From positions 1,504 through 65,503 of the forward strand of contig CAJTXY010000003.1 in NCBI GenBank assembly GCA_910583685.1: a DNA stretch of 64,000 bases, in the 5' to 3' direction. The DNA comes from an uncultured Bacilli bacterium (lineage in GTDB: Bacteria > Bacillota_I > Bacilli_A > RF39 > UBA660). Both the position numbers and the translations under genes were made by a program. Positions 52,970-63,502 of the stretch are shown here, one piece after another (position 1 is the stretch's first letter; every line of letters starts with the position of its first letter). Under the pieces are notes generated by a model. That model worked only from the letters and a program-made list of their open reading frames with translations, searched no databases and had not been told where the DNA came from.

Positions 52970-54311
52970 TAGTTTTAAAAATTTGTTTCGTCATATCGGT
53001 CATTTCTTTGATAAATTATTGATTACGCCTATAACAAAAATAATTCTTAGAATTTCCGATTTTTTTAAAGAAAATGGTAAGGGTATTGAACGTTTTTTTG
53101 GAAAGAAGTCTACTTTGATTATCTTATCACTTATTCTTGCATTTGGTGTATTTGTACTTATTGATCGAGAAAGTAATGTAATGATTGATCAGTACGCAGA
53201 AATTCTCTACAATCAACCAGTTTCTGCTATTTATAATGAAGAGCTGTATGTAGTGGAGGGACTTCCTAAAGCAGTGGATATTACATTAGTGGGTCAAAAA
53301 AGACATATCTTTTTAGCAAAACAAGCTCCTGCAAAAGGTGTTTCTGTCGATCTTACTGGTCTTAAACCTGGTAATCATAAGGTTACTTTGAAATATTCAC
53401 AGCGTTTAAAATCACTTGATTATAAATTGGACCCTTCTACGGTTACAGTTACTATTTATGAAAAAGTATCTGAAACTAAGAGTCTAACAGTTGATATATT
53501 ACACAAAGATAATTTAGATAGTAAGCTTTATATTGATGATATTGAGCTTGATAGAAGTGATGTTATAGTTAAGGGTGCAGAATATAAGCTTAAGAAAGTG
53601 GCTACTGTAAAAGCACTTGTTGATGTTGATAACTTTGTAAATCCGAAGGCGGGAACTATGAATTTAAAGGATGTTCCACTAGTTGCCTATGATACAGATG
53701 GAAAGATTGTCGATGTTGAGATTGTACCGAAGAGTGTTGATGCTAAAGTTGTAATTACCTCTCCAAGTAAAGAAGTGCCAGTCAAGATTGTACCGAAGGG
53801 AAATCTAGCTTTTGGTAAAGCAATTAGTTCTATTAATACTAATATTTCTAGTATTACAGTTTATGGTGAAAAGGCTGCTGTTGAGAAGTTGGATGAATTA
53901 GAAGTAGAAATCGATGTTAAAGATTTATCGAGAGACAAGGAATTTAATATTACCTTAAAGAAACCAAATGGTATTACAGAGCTTAGTGTAAAAACTATTA
54001 ATGTAAAGGTTGGTATCGATAACTCTATTACGAAAGAGTTTAAAAATATTCATATTGTAACAGAAGGTTTAAATAATCATCTTTATACTGTTCAGGCATT
54101 GTCTGAGGCAGATAGTATTGTTACGGTTGTTGTAAAGGGTAGTGAAAATTCAATTAAATCATTAGATGAATCTACTCTGAAAGCTTATATTGATCTTAAA
54201 AATTATGCGGCAGGAGAATATGAGGTTCCCGTTAAAGTAGATGGTGATGATTTGACACTTGATTATTCATCTAAAACTAAAAAAGTTAGAGTACGAATTA
54301 CTCCAAAATAA
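52953..54311 (+). CDS. cdaR: CdaA regulator CdaR (YbbR-domain protein).
   Basis: N-terminal TM and repeated YbbR-like beta domains. The start at 52953 follows AGGAAGAG. It overlaps the cdaA end. Confidence 0.8.
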   Translation: MKKIINSFKNLFRHIGHFFDKLLITPITKIILRISDFFKENGKGIERFFGKKSTLIILSLILAFGVFVLIDRESNVMIDQYAEILYNQPVSAIYNEELYVVEGLPKAVDITLVGQKRHIFLAKQAPAKGVSVDLTGLKPGNHKVTLKYSQRLKSLDYKLDPSTVTVTIYEKVSETKSLTVDILHKDNLDSKLYIDDIELDRSDVIVKGAEYKLKKVATVKALVDVDNFVNPKAGTMNLKDVPLVAYDTDGKIVDVEIVPKSVDAKVVITSPSKEVPVKIVPKGNLAFGKAISSINTNISSITVYGEKAAVEKLDELEVEIDVKDLSRDKEFNITLKKPNGITELSVKTINVKVGIDNSITKEFKNIHIVTEGLNNHLYTVQALSEADSIVTVVVKGSENSIKSLDESTLKAYIDLKNYAAGEYEVPVKVDGDDLTLDYSSKTKKVRVRITPK

Positions 54312-54343
54312 AAAAGGTTTGCAAATTTTATTGCAACCTTTTT

Positions 54344-54544
54344 TTAGTCTCTTAAATGATCAAATAATATTGTAATACTAATTAGACCACTGATTCCTAT
54401 GATCACGTATACAATCTTAGCAATGATGTTGTCTACACCACCAAAGATAGATGCTACAAGATCTAAGTTAAATAGTCCAACTAGTGCCCAGTTAAGTGCA
54501 CCAATAATTATTAGCACTAATGCAACTTTTTTTAATATTTCCAT
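54344..54544 (-). CDS. DUF378-family small membrane protein.
   Basis: 66 aa, two TM helices, IIGALNWALVGLFNLDLVA motif. Confidence 0.55.
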   Translation of the reverse strand: MEILKKVALVLIIIGALNWALVGLFNLDLVASIFGGVDNIIAKIVYVIIGISGLISITILFDHLRD

Positions 54545-54666
54545 CTTCTCGTCTCCTTTACTTATACTTCTTCATTAGTTATTATTGTCAAGTATTTCTG
54601 AAATTATTCGTAATAATTGCAATTTTTTTCCATATAGTTAAATGAAGATATAAATGAGGTGAAATA

Positions 54667-55668
54667 ATGAAGAAAAAATTACTATTCCTATTTGCATTTT
54701 TCTTTTTCTTTTTTTTAACAGGATGTGGAAAGCAAAATGCAAATGATGTTTCAAAAGATTTTGATAAAAGTATTCATAAATTAAAAGGGTATCAAATTGA
54801 GGGTAAATTAGAAATTGTAAATAATGATGATGTTTATAATTATGATGTTGTGGTTTCTTATAAACAAAAGGACTTTTATAAGGTATCTTTAAAAAATGTT
54901 GCTAATAATCACGAGCAAATTATTTTAAAGAATCAGGAAGGAGTTTATGTTCTTACACCATCTTTAAATAAGAGCTTTAAATTTCAAAGTGATTGGCCTT
55001 ATAGTAATTCACAGATTTATTTATTAGAATCTCTTCGTGATGATATAAAGAATGATGATAGTCGGGAATTTAAAAAGAATAAGAATACTTATGAATTTGT
55101 AACAAGAGTTAATTATCCTAATAATCGTAAACTTACTTCTCAGCGAATTGTTCTTGATAAGAATTTAAAACCTAAAACTGTAAAGGTATTAAATGAAGAA
55201 AAAATTCCACAAATGACAATGGTCTTTACTGATATTGATTATAGTCCTACTTTTAAGAAAGATTTTTTTGAATTAGATATCGCTATGAAAAGTGCAAAAG
55301 TAGAGGAAGAAGTTGTAGAAACTTCTAAAATTGATGAGACTATTTATCCATTGCTAACTCCTGCAGGTACGAAACTTGTGAGTGAGGAGAGAGTAGAGAA
55401 GACAAATGGTGAACGTGTGATTATGACATTTGAGGGTGAAAAACCATTCTTATTAGTTGAAGAGACTGCAAATGTTTCAGATGAGTTAACTGTTATTCCT
55501 ACTTACGGTGATATTTATCGTCTTATGGATACACTTGGTGTTATGACAGATAATTCTCTTACTTGGACTTCTGCGGGAATTGAATACTATTTAGTTAGTG
55601 ATGTTATGAATTCTTCAGAACTTGTTGAAATAGCACAGTCTATCAATGTTTTACCAACGATGAAATAA
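54667..55668 (+). CDS. Lipoprotein (LolA-like or DUF4367-like fold suspected).
   Basis: Signal peptide with lipobox LTGC. Confidence 0.5.
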   Translation: MKKKLLFLFAFFFFFFLTGCGKQNANDVSKDFDKSIHKLKGYQIEGKLEIVNNDDVYNYDVVVSYKQKDFYKVSLKNVANNHEQIILKNQEGVYVLTPSLNKSFKFQSDWPYSNSQIYLLESLRDDIKNDDSREFKKNKNTYEFVTRVNYPNNRKLTSQRIVLDKNLKPKTVKVLNEEKIPQMTMVFTDIDYSPTFKKDFFELDIAMKSAKVEEEVVETSKIDETIYPLLTPAGTKLVSEERVEKTNGERVIMTFEGEKPFLLVEETANVSDELTVIPTYGDIYRLMDTLGVMTDNSLTWTSAGIEYYLVSDVMNSSELVEIAQSINVLPTMK

Positions 55669-55718
55669 ACAGTAATTGTTTATTTTTTCTTTTTAGTATG
55701 TTATACTTTTGTTGGTGA

Positions 55719-56255
55719 TTGAAAATGGCAAAAAATAAACAAAAAGTGAATAAAAAGAATGATTCTGTATATAATAAGAAAGGAAAGGTACAGGAGACGC
55801 CAATTGGTGTTTCAAAGGTTATAAAGTGTGTTATTGCTGTATTTATAGTTTTTGGTCTTTTTTATCTTTTAACTCTCTACCTTACTGATAGAAATTTGAG
55901 GAGTTCTGTTAAGGTATCAGAGGCTAGAATTCAATATGAGATTATTCTAGCAGGAGAGAGCTTTCAGCAAAATGGTAATGATTATATGATTCTTTATTTT
56001 GATGAGGAGAATATTGGAGATTATAGTACAGCTTTAAGTGAGTATAATGATAAAAAGAGCAAAACTTCTCTTTATAAGTGTTATACTAATGAAGCATTAA
56101 ACAAAAAGTTTGTTTCCAAGGATGTTAATAAAAATCCAGAAAAAGCAGAAGACTTAAGAGTGGAAGAGAATACATTAATCCGTTTTAAAGACCATAAAGT
56201 AGTAGAATATATTACGGGTAAGGATGCTATTATTTCTTATTTAAAAAGTCTTTAA
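55719..56255 (+). CDS. Hypothetical membrane-anchored protein.
   Basis: Basic N-terminus, then a TM helix. Confidence 0.45.
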   Translation: MKMAKNKQKVNKKNDSVYNKKGKVQETPIGVSKVIKCVIAVFIVFGLFYLLTLYLTDRNLRSSVKVSEARIQYEIILAGESFQQNGNDYMILYFDEENIGDYSTALSEYNDKKSKTSLYKCYTNEALNKKFVSKDVNKNPEKAEDLRVEENTLIRFKDHKVVEYITGKDAIISYLKSL

Positions 56256-56281
56256 TCATCTTATATTAAGATGTTTTTCTT

Positions 56282-56358
56282 GCCTCAATAGCTCAGTTGG
56301 TTAGAGCACTTGACTGTTAATCAAGGGGTCCTAGGTTCAAGTCCTAGTTGAGGCGCCA
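56282..56358 (+). tRNA. tRNA-Asn (anticodon GUU).
   Basis: Acceptor GCCTCAA/TTGAGGC. Anticodon stem-loop CTTGA-CUGUUAA-TCAAG. CCA encoded. Confidence 0.85.
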
Positions 56359-56370
56359 TTTATGAGATTT

Positions 56371-56394
56371 CGCAACATTGGTTGCGTTTTATTT
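56371..56394 (+). terminator. Intrinsic terminator after tRNA-Asn.
   Basis: cgcaac-attg-gttgcg followed by TTTTATTTT. Confidence 0.55.
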
Positions 56395-56458
56395 TGCTTT
56401 TCATTCTATTTTTATGACTTTTGTGATATGATAGTAATGAATGTAAAGAGGTGATGAT

Positions 56459-57718
56459 ATGGCTCGTCGTCGAAGGGAAGAAATAGAAAATACAGTTTAT
56501 AATGACAATGATGATACGATTCGTGAAATTATTGTTGAGAAAAAAAGTGGGTTTAATACCATTGAAGTTGTTATCATTATGATTATTGCTATTTTGTTTG
56601 GAGGACTTTTGGGGAGTGTTCTTACTTATACAAAGGGTTTTATTTCTCCGAATCGTGTTCCTAGTGATTTGGAAGAGTTGGTATCTACTTACAATACAAT
56701 TGTTGATACTTATTATAGTAAGCTTAATAAAGAGGAACTCTTAGATTCTGCAATCAAAGGGATGGTTGATTATTTAGATGATCCTTATTCTGTTTATATG
56801 GATGAAGATGCTTCAGAGTCTTTTAATGAGACTGTTAATGGTGAATATACTGGTATTGGTGCTCAGGTGATGCAAAGGGATGGTAAAGTGATTGTCTATA
56901 GTGTATTTAGTGGTTCACCAGCTGCTAAGGCAGGATTAAAAAAGGATGATGTTATTCTTCAGGTTGCTGGTAAAAGTGTAGATGGTAAAAGTTTATCTGA
57001 GATTACAGCAGTTTTAAAAGGAGAAAAGGCTGGGGAAAAGGTTAAGGTGCAAATTGCACGGGGAGAAGACGTTAAGGAAGTAGTCTTATCTAGAGGTAAG
57101 GTAGAGCTGCCTTCTGTTACTGGAAAAGTTATTGAAAAGAATCATCAGATGGTTGGTGTTATTGTTGTTGATGTATTTGCAGCTAATACCTATAAGCAAT
57201 TTAAAAATGAGCTTCTTGATTTAGAAAATAAGAAAATTGATTCTTTAATTATTGATGTTCGTGGTAATCCTGGTGGTCATTTGAATCAGGTAACTAAGAT
57301 TTTGTCTTTATTTTTAAATAAGAAACAGGTTCTTTATCAGATTAAAAATAAGGGTAAAAAAGAAAAGGTTTATGCTGAGTCTAAAGAAAGCCGCAAATAT
57401 GATATTATAGTACTTACTAATAAAAGTAGTGCTTCCGCTTCTGAAATTCTATCTGCGGCAATAAAAGAATCTTATGGCGGTAAAACAGTAGGTGTTGCTA
57501 CTTATGGAAAAGGAACAGTACAAAAAGCATTTTCTTTAGAAAGTGGTGCTAGTATTAAATATACAACAGAAGAGTGGTTAACACCGAAGGGAAACTCTAT
57601 AGATAAGAAGGGTGTTATTCCTGATTTTGAAGTGGAACTTTCTGAGGAGTATATGAGTAATCCTAGTGATGAGACAGATAATCAGTTGCAGACAGCACTT
57701 GATATTATAACAAAATAG
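56459..57718 (+). CDS. ctpA: Carboxyl-terminal processing protease (S41 family) with a PDZ domain.
   Basis: N-terminal TM, PDZ domain (GSPAAKAGLKKDDVIL), and S41 catalytic region (LTNKSSASASE). Confidence 0.85.
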   Translation: MARRRREEIENTVYNDNDDTIREIIVEKKSGFNTIEVVIIMIIAILFGGLLGSVLTYTKGFISPNRVPSDLEELVSTYNTIVDTYYSKLNKEELLDSAIKGMVDYLDDPYSVYMDEDASESFNETVNGEYTGIGAQVMQRDGKVIVYSVFSGSPAAKAGLKKDDVILQVAGKSVDGKSLSEITAVLKGEKAGEKVKVQIARGEDVKEVVLSRGKVELPSVTGKVIEKNHQMVGVIVVDVFAANTYKQFKNELLDLENKKIDSLIIDVRGNPGGHLNQVTKILSLFLNKKQVLYQIKNKGKKEKVYAESKESRKYDIIVLTNKSSASASEILSAAIKESYGGKTVGVATYGKGTVQKAFSLESGASIKYTTEEWLTPKGNSIDKKGVIPDFEVELSEEYMSNPSDETDNQLQTALDIITK

Positions 57719-57734
57719 GAGCCCTTTTGGGTTC

Positions 57735-58292
57735 CTATATTAGTTTGCTACTAATAATTAGTTGCTTATCTTTATGAGTAGGGCTGCATGTAGTTAATAT
57801 CAATTGTTTTTCATATTGCTTATTAATATGAATATGACCACTTTTATTTTCTTCCCAGATAGATGCTACTTGATAGAAATACTCTTTATTTAAAAACTTG
57901 ATTTTTATGATATCATTTTTTTCTAATTTATTTAAGTGTTCAAAATAAGAAATATTACTACTTCCTGAATGAGCTGCTATAAATAAAATACTTTCTTTTT
58001 TATTTGGAAATGTTGATTCTTTTAAAATTGTTACATTTTCTTCTACATTATTTTTTTTGCTTTCTATTTTGTATAGTGGTTTTTGTAGATGAATTTTATC
58101 AATTGTAATTTTTCCAATGATATCATTTTCTATTGGTATTGTCCTTTTTTCATTTAGTTTAGTATTAATGGATTCTGTTTTTGTACTATTGAATATTGTG
58201 AAACAGGCTGCCAGATACAGCGTTAGAATAACAAGACTATAACACTTTTCTTTTGTAACCATAAAGACCTGCTGGTATAAGGAATAGTCCAA
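57735..58292 (-). CDS. Sortase (class B/D-like). The alternative start at 58262 avoids overlap with the upstream gene.
   Basis: TLxTC-type active site QLILTTCSP. His motif AAHSGS. N-terminal TM. Confidence 0.7.
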   Translation of the reverse strand: MDYSLYQQVFMVTKEKCYSLVILTLYLAACFTIFNSTKTESINTKLNEKRTIPIENDIIGKITIDKIHLQKPLYKIESKKNNVEENVTILKESTFPNKKESILFIAAHSGSSNISYFEHLNKLEKNDIIKIKFLNKEYFYQVASIWEENKSGHIHINKQYEKQLILTTCSPTHKDKQLIISSKLI

Positions 58293-59676
58293 TTAGGTAA
58301 TCGCTATTTTTACTAGTATTAGGCACTTCTATTTCGTAATCATATAGATTCTTTTTTATAATGTCTCCTGCATCTTTTATTTCTATTTTAAAATCTTCTA
58401 CTAACTTATAATTTTCTTTTGAATTTTTTTGTTTTACTATATAATCTCCGTATGGTAGTTCTATTTCGGCGAAGCCATTTTCGTTTGTTGTAATACTAGT
58501 GATATATTCATTTTTACTATTATATATATCAAAGGTGACATTTGCCTCTTTACTTGTATTTCCTATCGTACCAAACTCTTTATTGATTTGGAGTTTTCCC
58601 TTCATTATTTCATTGCTAAGTTCTAATTTAACAATCGCTTTCTCATTTGTGATTTCTACTTTATATATGTTCTTATCTAGTTGGTAACCTATACCTGCTG
58701 ATAGTTCTTTTAGAGTGTAGGAACCAAATGCTAAGTTTTTAACAGATGCTTTACTATCTTTTCCTATTATTAATTCTTTTACTAAGTTATTATTTTTATC
58801 ATATAATCCATATTTTGCTCCTATTAATTTTCCATCTCCACTTGGTATGGTAGAATTGGTATCTTTATCTATCTTAGTAATTTCTAGGCCTGTTCTTTTT
58901 ACTTTTACTGTTAAACTTATATGTATATCTTCGGCATTTCCTAAAGTCATTATTTTTTGTTCACCGTCCTTGTGATAAAATAGGGCGGGATTTGGATGAA
59001 TTTGTGATTTTCTTGTTAGTCTAAAAGTATATATTCCTTCTTTTAATCCTTTTATTTTCAAAGTATTATTGATAATTTCAATATTTTTGTTTGTACTTTG
59101 GTAATTGTTTAATACTTGATTGTTATCTGTTAAAACTAGTTCACTATCTTCCATAGTAGTGAACATCTTTCCTCCTAGGTTTGGTGTCTTTAGATGATTT
59201 TCAACTAGTGATAATAGTTCTGCCATTTCCTTTTCATAAGGGTAAATTGCAGGACCATTTAGTCCATCTGTGAATTCATAAATTCCATTTGGTTCTGCAA
59301 ACTTCCAAATTAATTGTTGGGTAATAGCATACCATTTGATATCTTCGTGTCCGGGGTACAAATATCCGTAGTTTGCTAGTAGTCTTAACTTTTGTTGTGT
59401 TCTTTCATCTAGTTCATTTATATAGTCTATTTGATTGTAATCTGTACCATTTTCAAAGTTTATAAATGGTTCGATACAATAAGCAATGTTTCCCGTAAAT
59501 TCATCCTTAAATAGCCTTGCCCGTTGAAAGTTTGTTTTTCCATCTATACTTCTTCTCATATAAATGTCTCCAGCGTATTCCGCCTCATAGAACCCAGTAT
59601 TACTGGCTTTTACTTCTGGTATATTTAGTGTAGTTACCATAATTGCTGCTATTATTAACAAAACAAATTTTTTCAT
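58237..59676 (-). CDS. Sortase-substrate surface protein. It has a signal peptide, a possible thioester-type adhesin domain, and CnaB/prealbumin-like domains. The C-terminal sorting signal is VPNTS plus a hydrophobic segment and a KRK tail.
   Basis: C-terminus EVPNTSKNSDYLIGLFLIPAGLYGYKRKVL. N-terminal AYCIEPF Cys motif. Beta-rich middle region. Confidence 0.6.
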   Translation of the reverse strand: MKKFVLLIIAAIMVTTLNIPEVKASNTGFYEAEYAGDIYMRRSIDGKTNFQRARLFKDEFTGNIAYCIEPFINFENGTDYNQIDYINELDERTQQKLRLLANYGYLYPGHEDIKWYAITQQLIWKFAEPNGIYEFTDGLNGPAIYPYEKEMAELLSLVENHLKTPNLGGKMFTTMEDSELVLTDNNQVLNNYQSTNKNIEIINNTLKIKGLKEGIYTFRLTRKSQIHPNPALFYHKDGEQKIMTLGNAEDIHISLTVKVKRTGLEITKIDKDTNSTIPSGDGKLIGAKYGLYDKNNNLVKELIIGKDSKASVKNLAFGSYTLKELSAGIGYQLDKNIYKVEITNEKAIVKLELSNEIMKGKLQINKEFGTIGNTSKEANVTFDIYNSKNEYITSITTNENGFAEIELPYGDYIVKQKNSKENYKLVEDFKIEIKDAGDIIKKNLYDYEIEVPNTSKNSDYLIGLFLIPAGLYGYKRKVL

Positions 59677-59846
59677 ATTTATTCCCTCCTTCGTTTTGTG
59701 ATTTGAACTTTATCACTTTTTTTTCTTGTTTACAAATGGCAGTTTTCACATTTTTTGTGGAAATTTATTCTGAAATAGTAAAATTTCTTAGGGAAAATGA
59801 TTTTTTTCACAGATACTTTTGGATTAAAAAACAAGTTTCGTAATAT

Positions 59847-59875
59847 TTGACAAAAAAAATAGTACTCTTTATAAT
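59847..59875 (+). promoter_or_regulatory. Consensus sigma-A promoter (TTGACA-17-TATAAT) for fhs.
   Basis: Exact hexamers 23 nt upstream of the fhs ATG. Confidence 0.55.
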
Positions 59876-59897
59876 GAAGAGTAATTGAGGTGATAAT

Positions 59898-61478
59898 ATG
59901 ACGGATTTAGAAATCGCAAGAGGTGCTTCTAAACTTGATATTAAGGCTGTTGCTGAAAAGCTGGGGATTCCTTCTGAAAATTTGCTTTGTTATGGAAATG
60001 ATAAGGCAAAAATTAACAATTTTTGTGGAAAAAAGGAAGGAAAACTTGTTTTGGTAACTGCTACTTCTCCGACTCCTGCCGGGGAGGGAAAGACAACTGT
60101 TAGCATTGGACTTAGTGATGCTTTAGCAAAGATTGGGAAGCAGGTGGTAGCAGTTTTAAGACAACCATCAATGGGGCCTGTTTTTGGGATGAAAGGCGGT
60201 GCAACGGGAGGAGGCTATTCTCAAGTAGTACCAATGGATGAGATTAATCTTCATTTTACAGGAGATTTTCATGCAATCACTGCTGTCAATAATTTGTTAT
60301 GTGCGGCGATTGATAACCATATTGAAAAGGGAAATCAACTTGGTATTGATAAGGTTACATTTAAGAGATGCTTGGATGTAAATGATCGATCACTAAGACA
60401 TCTTTCTTTAAAAACTAGGGAAGAGGAGTTTACAATCACTGCAGCAAGTGAGATTATGACTCTTTTCTGTTTAGCAACTTCTCTTGATGATTTAAGAGAA
60501 AAACTTGGTAATATTGTTGTTGGTTATAATAAAGATGGAAACTTTATTTATGCAAGGGATTTAAACATTGTTGGTTCATTAATGGTTTTATTAAAGGATG
60601 CTTTCCTTCCTAATTTGGTTCAAACACTGGAAAATACTCCTGTGCTAATTCATGGTGGTCCTTTCGCTAATATTGCTCATGGCTGTAATAGTGTTGTTGC
60701 TACAAAGCTTGGGCTTAGTGTGTCTGATTATGTTGTTACAGAGGCGGGGTTTGGTGCAGACCTTGGTGCTGAGAAGTTTTTTGATATCAAATGTCGTAAG
60801 GCTAATATAAAACCAGATTGTGTTGTTTTGGTTACTACATTGAATTCTCTTTACTATAATGGTGAAGGAAGTTTATCATTTGATAATTTGCAAGCTCATA
60901 TTGATAATTTGCTTTTATATACAAATCATTTGGTAGTTTGTATTAACCAGTTTGATGGTGATCGGCAAGAAGATATTTTGAAGGTAGAGGAATATTGTTC
61001 TAAGCAAAATATTCCGTGTGCCTTATCTAGTGCTTATCGTGATGGTGGGGCTGGTGCGATTTCCCTTGCTGAAGAGGTAATTAAAATTACTGATGAAGAG
61101 AGTCAATTTCATTTACTTTATGATGAGTCATTATCGATTATGGAAAAGGTTGATCAAGTAGCAAAGAAGATTTATCACGCGAAGGAAGTTGTTTATAGTG
61201 AAAAAGCACAAGAGACTTTGCAGTTATTGATGAGACAGGATGTATCGAATCTTCCTATTTGTGTTGCGAAGACACAGTATTCTTTATCAGATGATGCTAA
61301 AAAGTTAGGTGCTCCTACTGATTTTACTGTGACAGTTCGTGATTTGATTCTATATAATGGTGCTGGCTTTATTACTGTTTTATTAGGTAATATTATGACG
61401 ATGCCGGGGCTTCCTAGCAGACCTAATTATGAAAAGATTGATTTAGATAGGGATGGAAATATTGTTGGTTTATTTTAG
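59898..61478 (+). CDS. fhs: Formate--tetrahydrofolate ligase.
   Basis: TPAGEGKTT P-loop. 526 aa of FTHFS family. Confidence 0.9.
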   Translation: MTDLEIARGASKLDIKAVAEKLGIPSENLLCYGNDKAKINNFCGKKEGKLVLVTATSPTPAGEGKTTVSIGLSDALAKIGKQVVAVLRQPSMGPVFGMKGGATGGGYSQVVPMDEINLHFTGDFHAITAVNNLLCAAIDNHIEKGNQLGIDKVTFKRCLDVNDRSLRHLSLKTREEEFTITAASEIMTLFCLATSLDDLREKLGNIVVGYNKDGNFIYARDLNIVGSLMVLLKDAFLPNLVQTLENTPVLIHGGPFANIAHGCNSVVATKLGLSVSDYVVTEAGFGADLGAEKFFDIKCRKANIKPDCVVLVTTLNSLYYNGEGSLSFDNLQAHIDNLLLYTNHLVVCINQFDGDRQEDILKVEEYCSKQNIPCALSSAYRDGGAGAISLAEEVIKITDEESQFHLLYDESLSIMEKVDQVAKKIYHAKEVVYSEKAQETLQLLMRQDVSNLPICVAKTQYSLSDDAKKLGAPTDFTVTVRDLILYNGAGFITVLLGNIMTMPGLPSRPNYEKIDLDRDGNIVGLF

Positions 61479-61511
61479 ATAACAGAAAAACTCGATTGAT
61501 TTCGAGTTTTC

Positions 61512-62588
61512 TTATTTTATATATTCGTTTAGGTTTTTAATTTTATGCGTTAGTTCAGGCATATTGCAAGTTGGAATAAATCCGCTTTCTGAATTAATAA
61601 CATCTGGAATTCGATTTACAATTGTTGCACAAGTTAGTTCCACTGTTTGTGGTTTATTAATCACTAATGTAGTTTCTGGTTCTCCAATGATAGACCATTC
61701 GTTTTTATCAAATTCGTCAGGTCCATATACTTTTCCAATGCATTCTGTTTCTACTATAATTCCTTCTTCTGTTTCACTTGTAACTAGAGCACTCATTCCA
61801 GTAGCATCTCCAGCTTTTACGGTCATATTTAATGTAGAGGAATCAATATCTTCTTTATACGTTTGTGGAATACACTTTTGGGTTTGCTTCGTAATATGTA
61901 AGTTAAGTTTTTCTGCTAGCCACCCATTTACGTTCCACATATAAGAAGGAGAATAGGTACCATTGTCTATTCGTTCTTTTCTTTCTTCTTCACTTATTCT
62001 GTCTACGCTTGCAATTTTTTTATCAAATTCATCTAAGGAAAGTCCAGCTCCATGCGCTTCTGCTAGAGCAATTCCATAGTCTTCTACATTATAAGAAGAG
62101 CTTCCTTTAATTTTTATAATTTTATGAGTTGATGCTGCCATTGCGGAAATAAGCCCACCCCAATAGATGTCTTGATAGCCGCTTCCTGTAATTGTACAGT
62201 TGTTTTCTTTTGCTAATTTATCAATTTCTTTTGATAGGTTAGGGTTAGAGTTAAATGAATAGAATGCTTCTTCACAGGTTGTAATTGCATTAATTCCAAG
62301 TTTGGCACATAGCAATAAAGCATCTTTTACGTCTTCTAGTAAGCTCATTGTTTCAATAATACAAATATCTGGTTTTACTTCCTTTAGCATCTCTTCTGCA
62401 TCTTTTATATCAGTTATTTTTATACCTAAGTCTTCTTTGTTCATAATTACTCCGATATCTTTTCCCACTATATTTGGATTGATATCAACTGCACCAACAA
62501 GTTCTCCTCCTTGTTCCAAGACATATTGCATTGTAACGCTGGCCATTTTTCCGCAGCCATATTGTACGACTTTTACTTTTCTTTCCAT
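61512..62588 (-). CDS. NAD(P)-dependent amine dehydrogenase-family oxidoreductase (2,4-diaminopentanoate dehydrogenase or DapB-like N-terminus).
   Basis: Rossmann VVQYGCGKMA N-terminus, 358 aa. Confidence 0.5.
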   Translation of the reverse strand: MERKVKVVQYGCGKMASVTMQYVLEQGGELVGAVDINPNIVGKDIGVIMNKEDLGIKITDIKDAEEMLKEVKPDICIIETMSLLEDVKDALLLCAKLGINAITTCEEAFYSFNSNPNLSKEIDKLAKENNCTITGSGYQDIYWGGLISAMAASTHKIIKIKGSSSYNVEDYGIALAEAHGAGLSLDEFDKKIASVDRISEEERKERIDNGTYSPSYMWNVNGWLAEKLNLHITKQTQKCIPQTYKEDIDSSTLNMTVKAGDATGMSALVTSETEEGIIVETECIGKVYGPDEFDKNEWSIIGEPETTLVINKPQTVELTCATIVNRIPDVINSESGFIPTCNMPELTHKIKNLNEYIK

Positions 62589-62667
62589 TTTTTGTTTTCC
62601 TTCCTTCTTTCTTTATTTAATTTTTGTAGTTTTTATAAAACTATACATAAAAACTGCATAATGCAGT

Positions 62668-63405
62668 TTAAGGTGTTTCTGGTTTATTTCCTGAGTCTGA
62701 TTCCTCTTTCTTGTCTTCTTCTTTTGGTGGTTCTTCTTTATCTTCTTCTTTTGGGGCTGGTGTAGGAAGTGTCACCTGAGGTTCATAGATTTCAATATTT
62801 CCGGTGTAGAATTTTCCATTGTATGTTACTGTATATTGATAAGTACCAGCTTCATTTACATTAATACCAGATAAGTCTAATTTAATTGCAATTTTTGCTT
62901 CTTCTGGAATTGTTTCTACAATATAGGTTGTAATATCAGTCGATAATGTAGCACCTTTTGTAAGTTTTAATGATTTTAAGGTCATTTTATCGATTGTAGG
63001 AAGTGGTTTTTCTTTAATAACATAGGTTCCATTATATGTTTTTTTCTTATATGTAATTGTATAAGTATAGCTTCCAGCTTGTGTTACATTGATATTACTA
63101 GTGTCTAATTTTAGGTTTTTTAATATTTTATTATCTAAATCATATACTAAATAGTCTTTTATATCTACACTAATTGGTGTATTAATTTCACTTTCCATAT
63201 CTTTTAATTTGATTTCATTTGTTTTGGCTTTGGCCACTCGCTTTTGTGTAATTTTGAATTTAATAATATTTTTTGGTTCTTCAAATTTAATTACCATAGG
63301 CATAATAACTCCGCTTGATATACATAAAATGCCTAGAAAAGCGATTGCGGAAATAGTGATGGTTCTTGTTTTTCCAATCATAATATCCCTACCTTCTATT
63401 CTCAT
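62668..63405 (-). CDS. Membrane-anchored extracellular protein with two Ig-like repeats and a Pro/Glu/Lys-rich C-terminus.
   Basis: N-terminal TM. Duplicated block NV(T/N)(Q/E)AG(S/T)Y.YT(I/V)TY. Low-complexity tail. Confidence 0.5.
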   Translation of the reverse strand: MRIEGRDIMIGKTRTITISAIAFLGILCISSGVIMPMVIKFEEPKNIIKFKITQKRVAKAKTNEIKLKDMESEINTPISVDIKDYLVYDLDNKILKNLKLDTSNINVTQAGSYTYTITYKKKTYNGTYVIKEKPLPTIDKMTLKSLKLTKGATLSTDITTYIVETIPEEAKIAIKLDLSGINVNEAGTYQYTVTYNGKFYTGNIEIYEPQVTLPTPAPKEEDKEEPPKEEDKKEESDSGNKPETP

Positions 63406-63502
63406 TATATTATACTTCCTACTCTTTCACAAGAAAAATTCATTCCTTTTATTGTATATTTTGTCAAATTAACATATAATGTAGTTAGAAGGAAGCGTTA
63501 TT

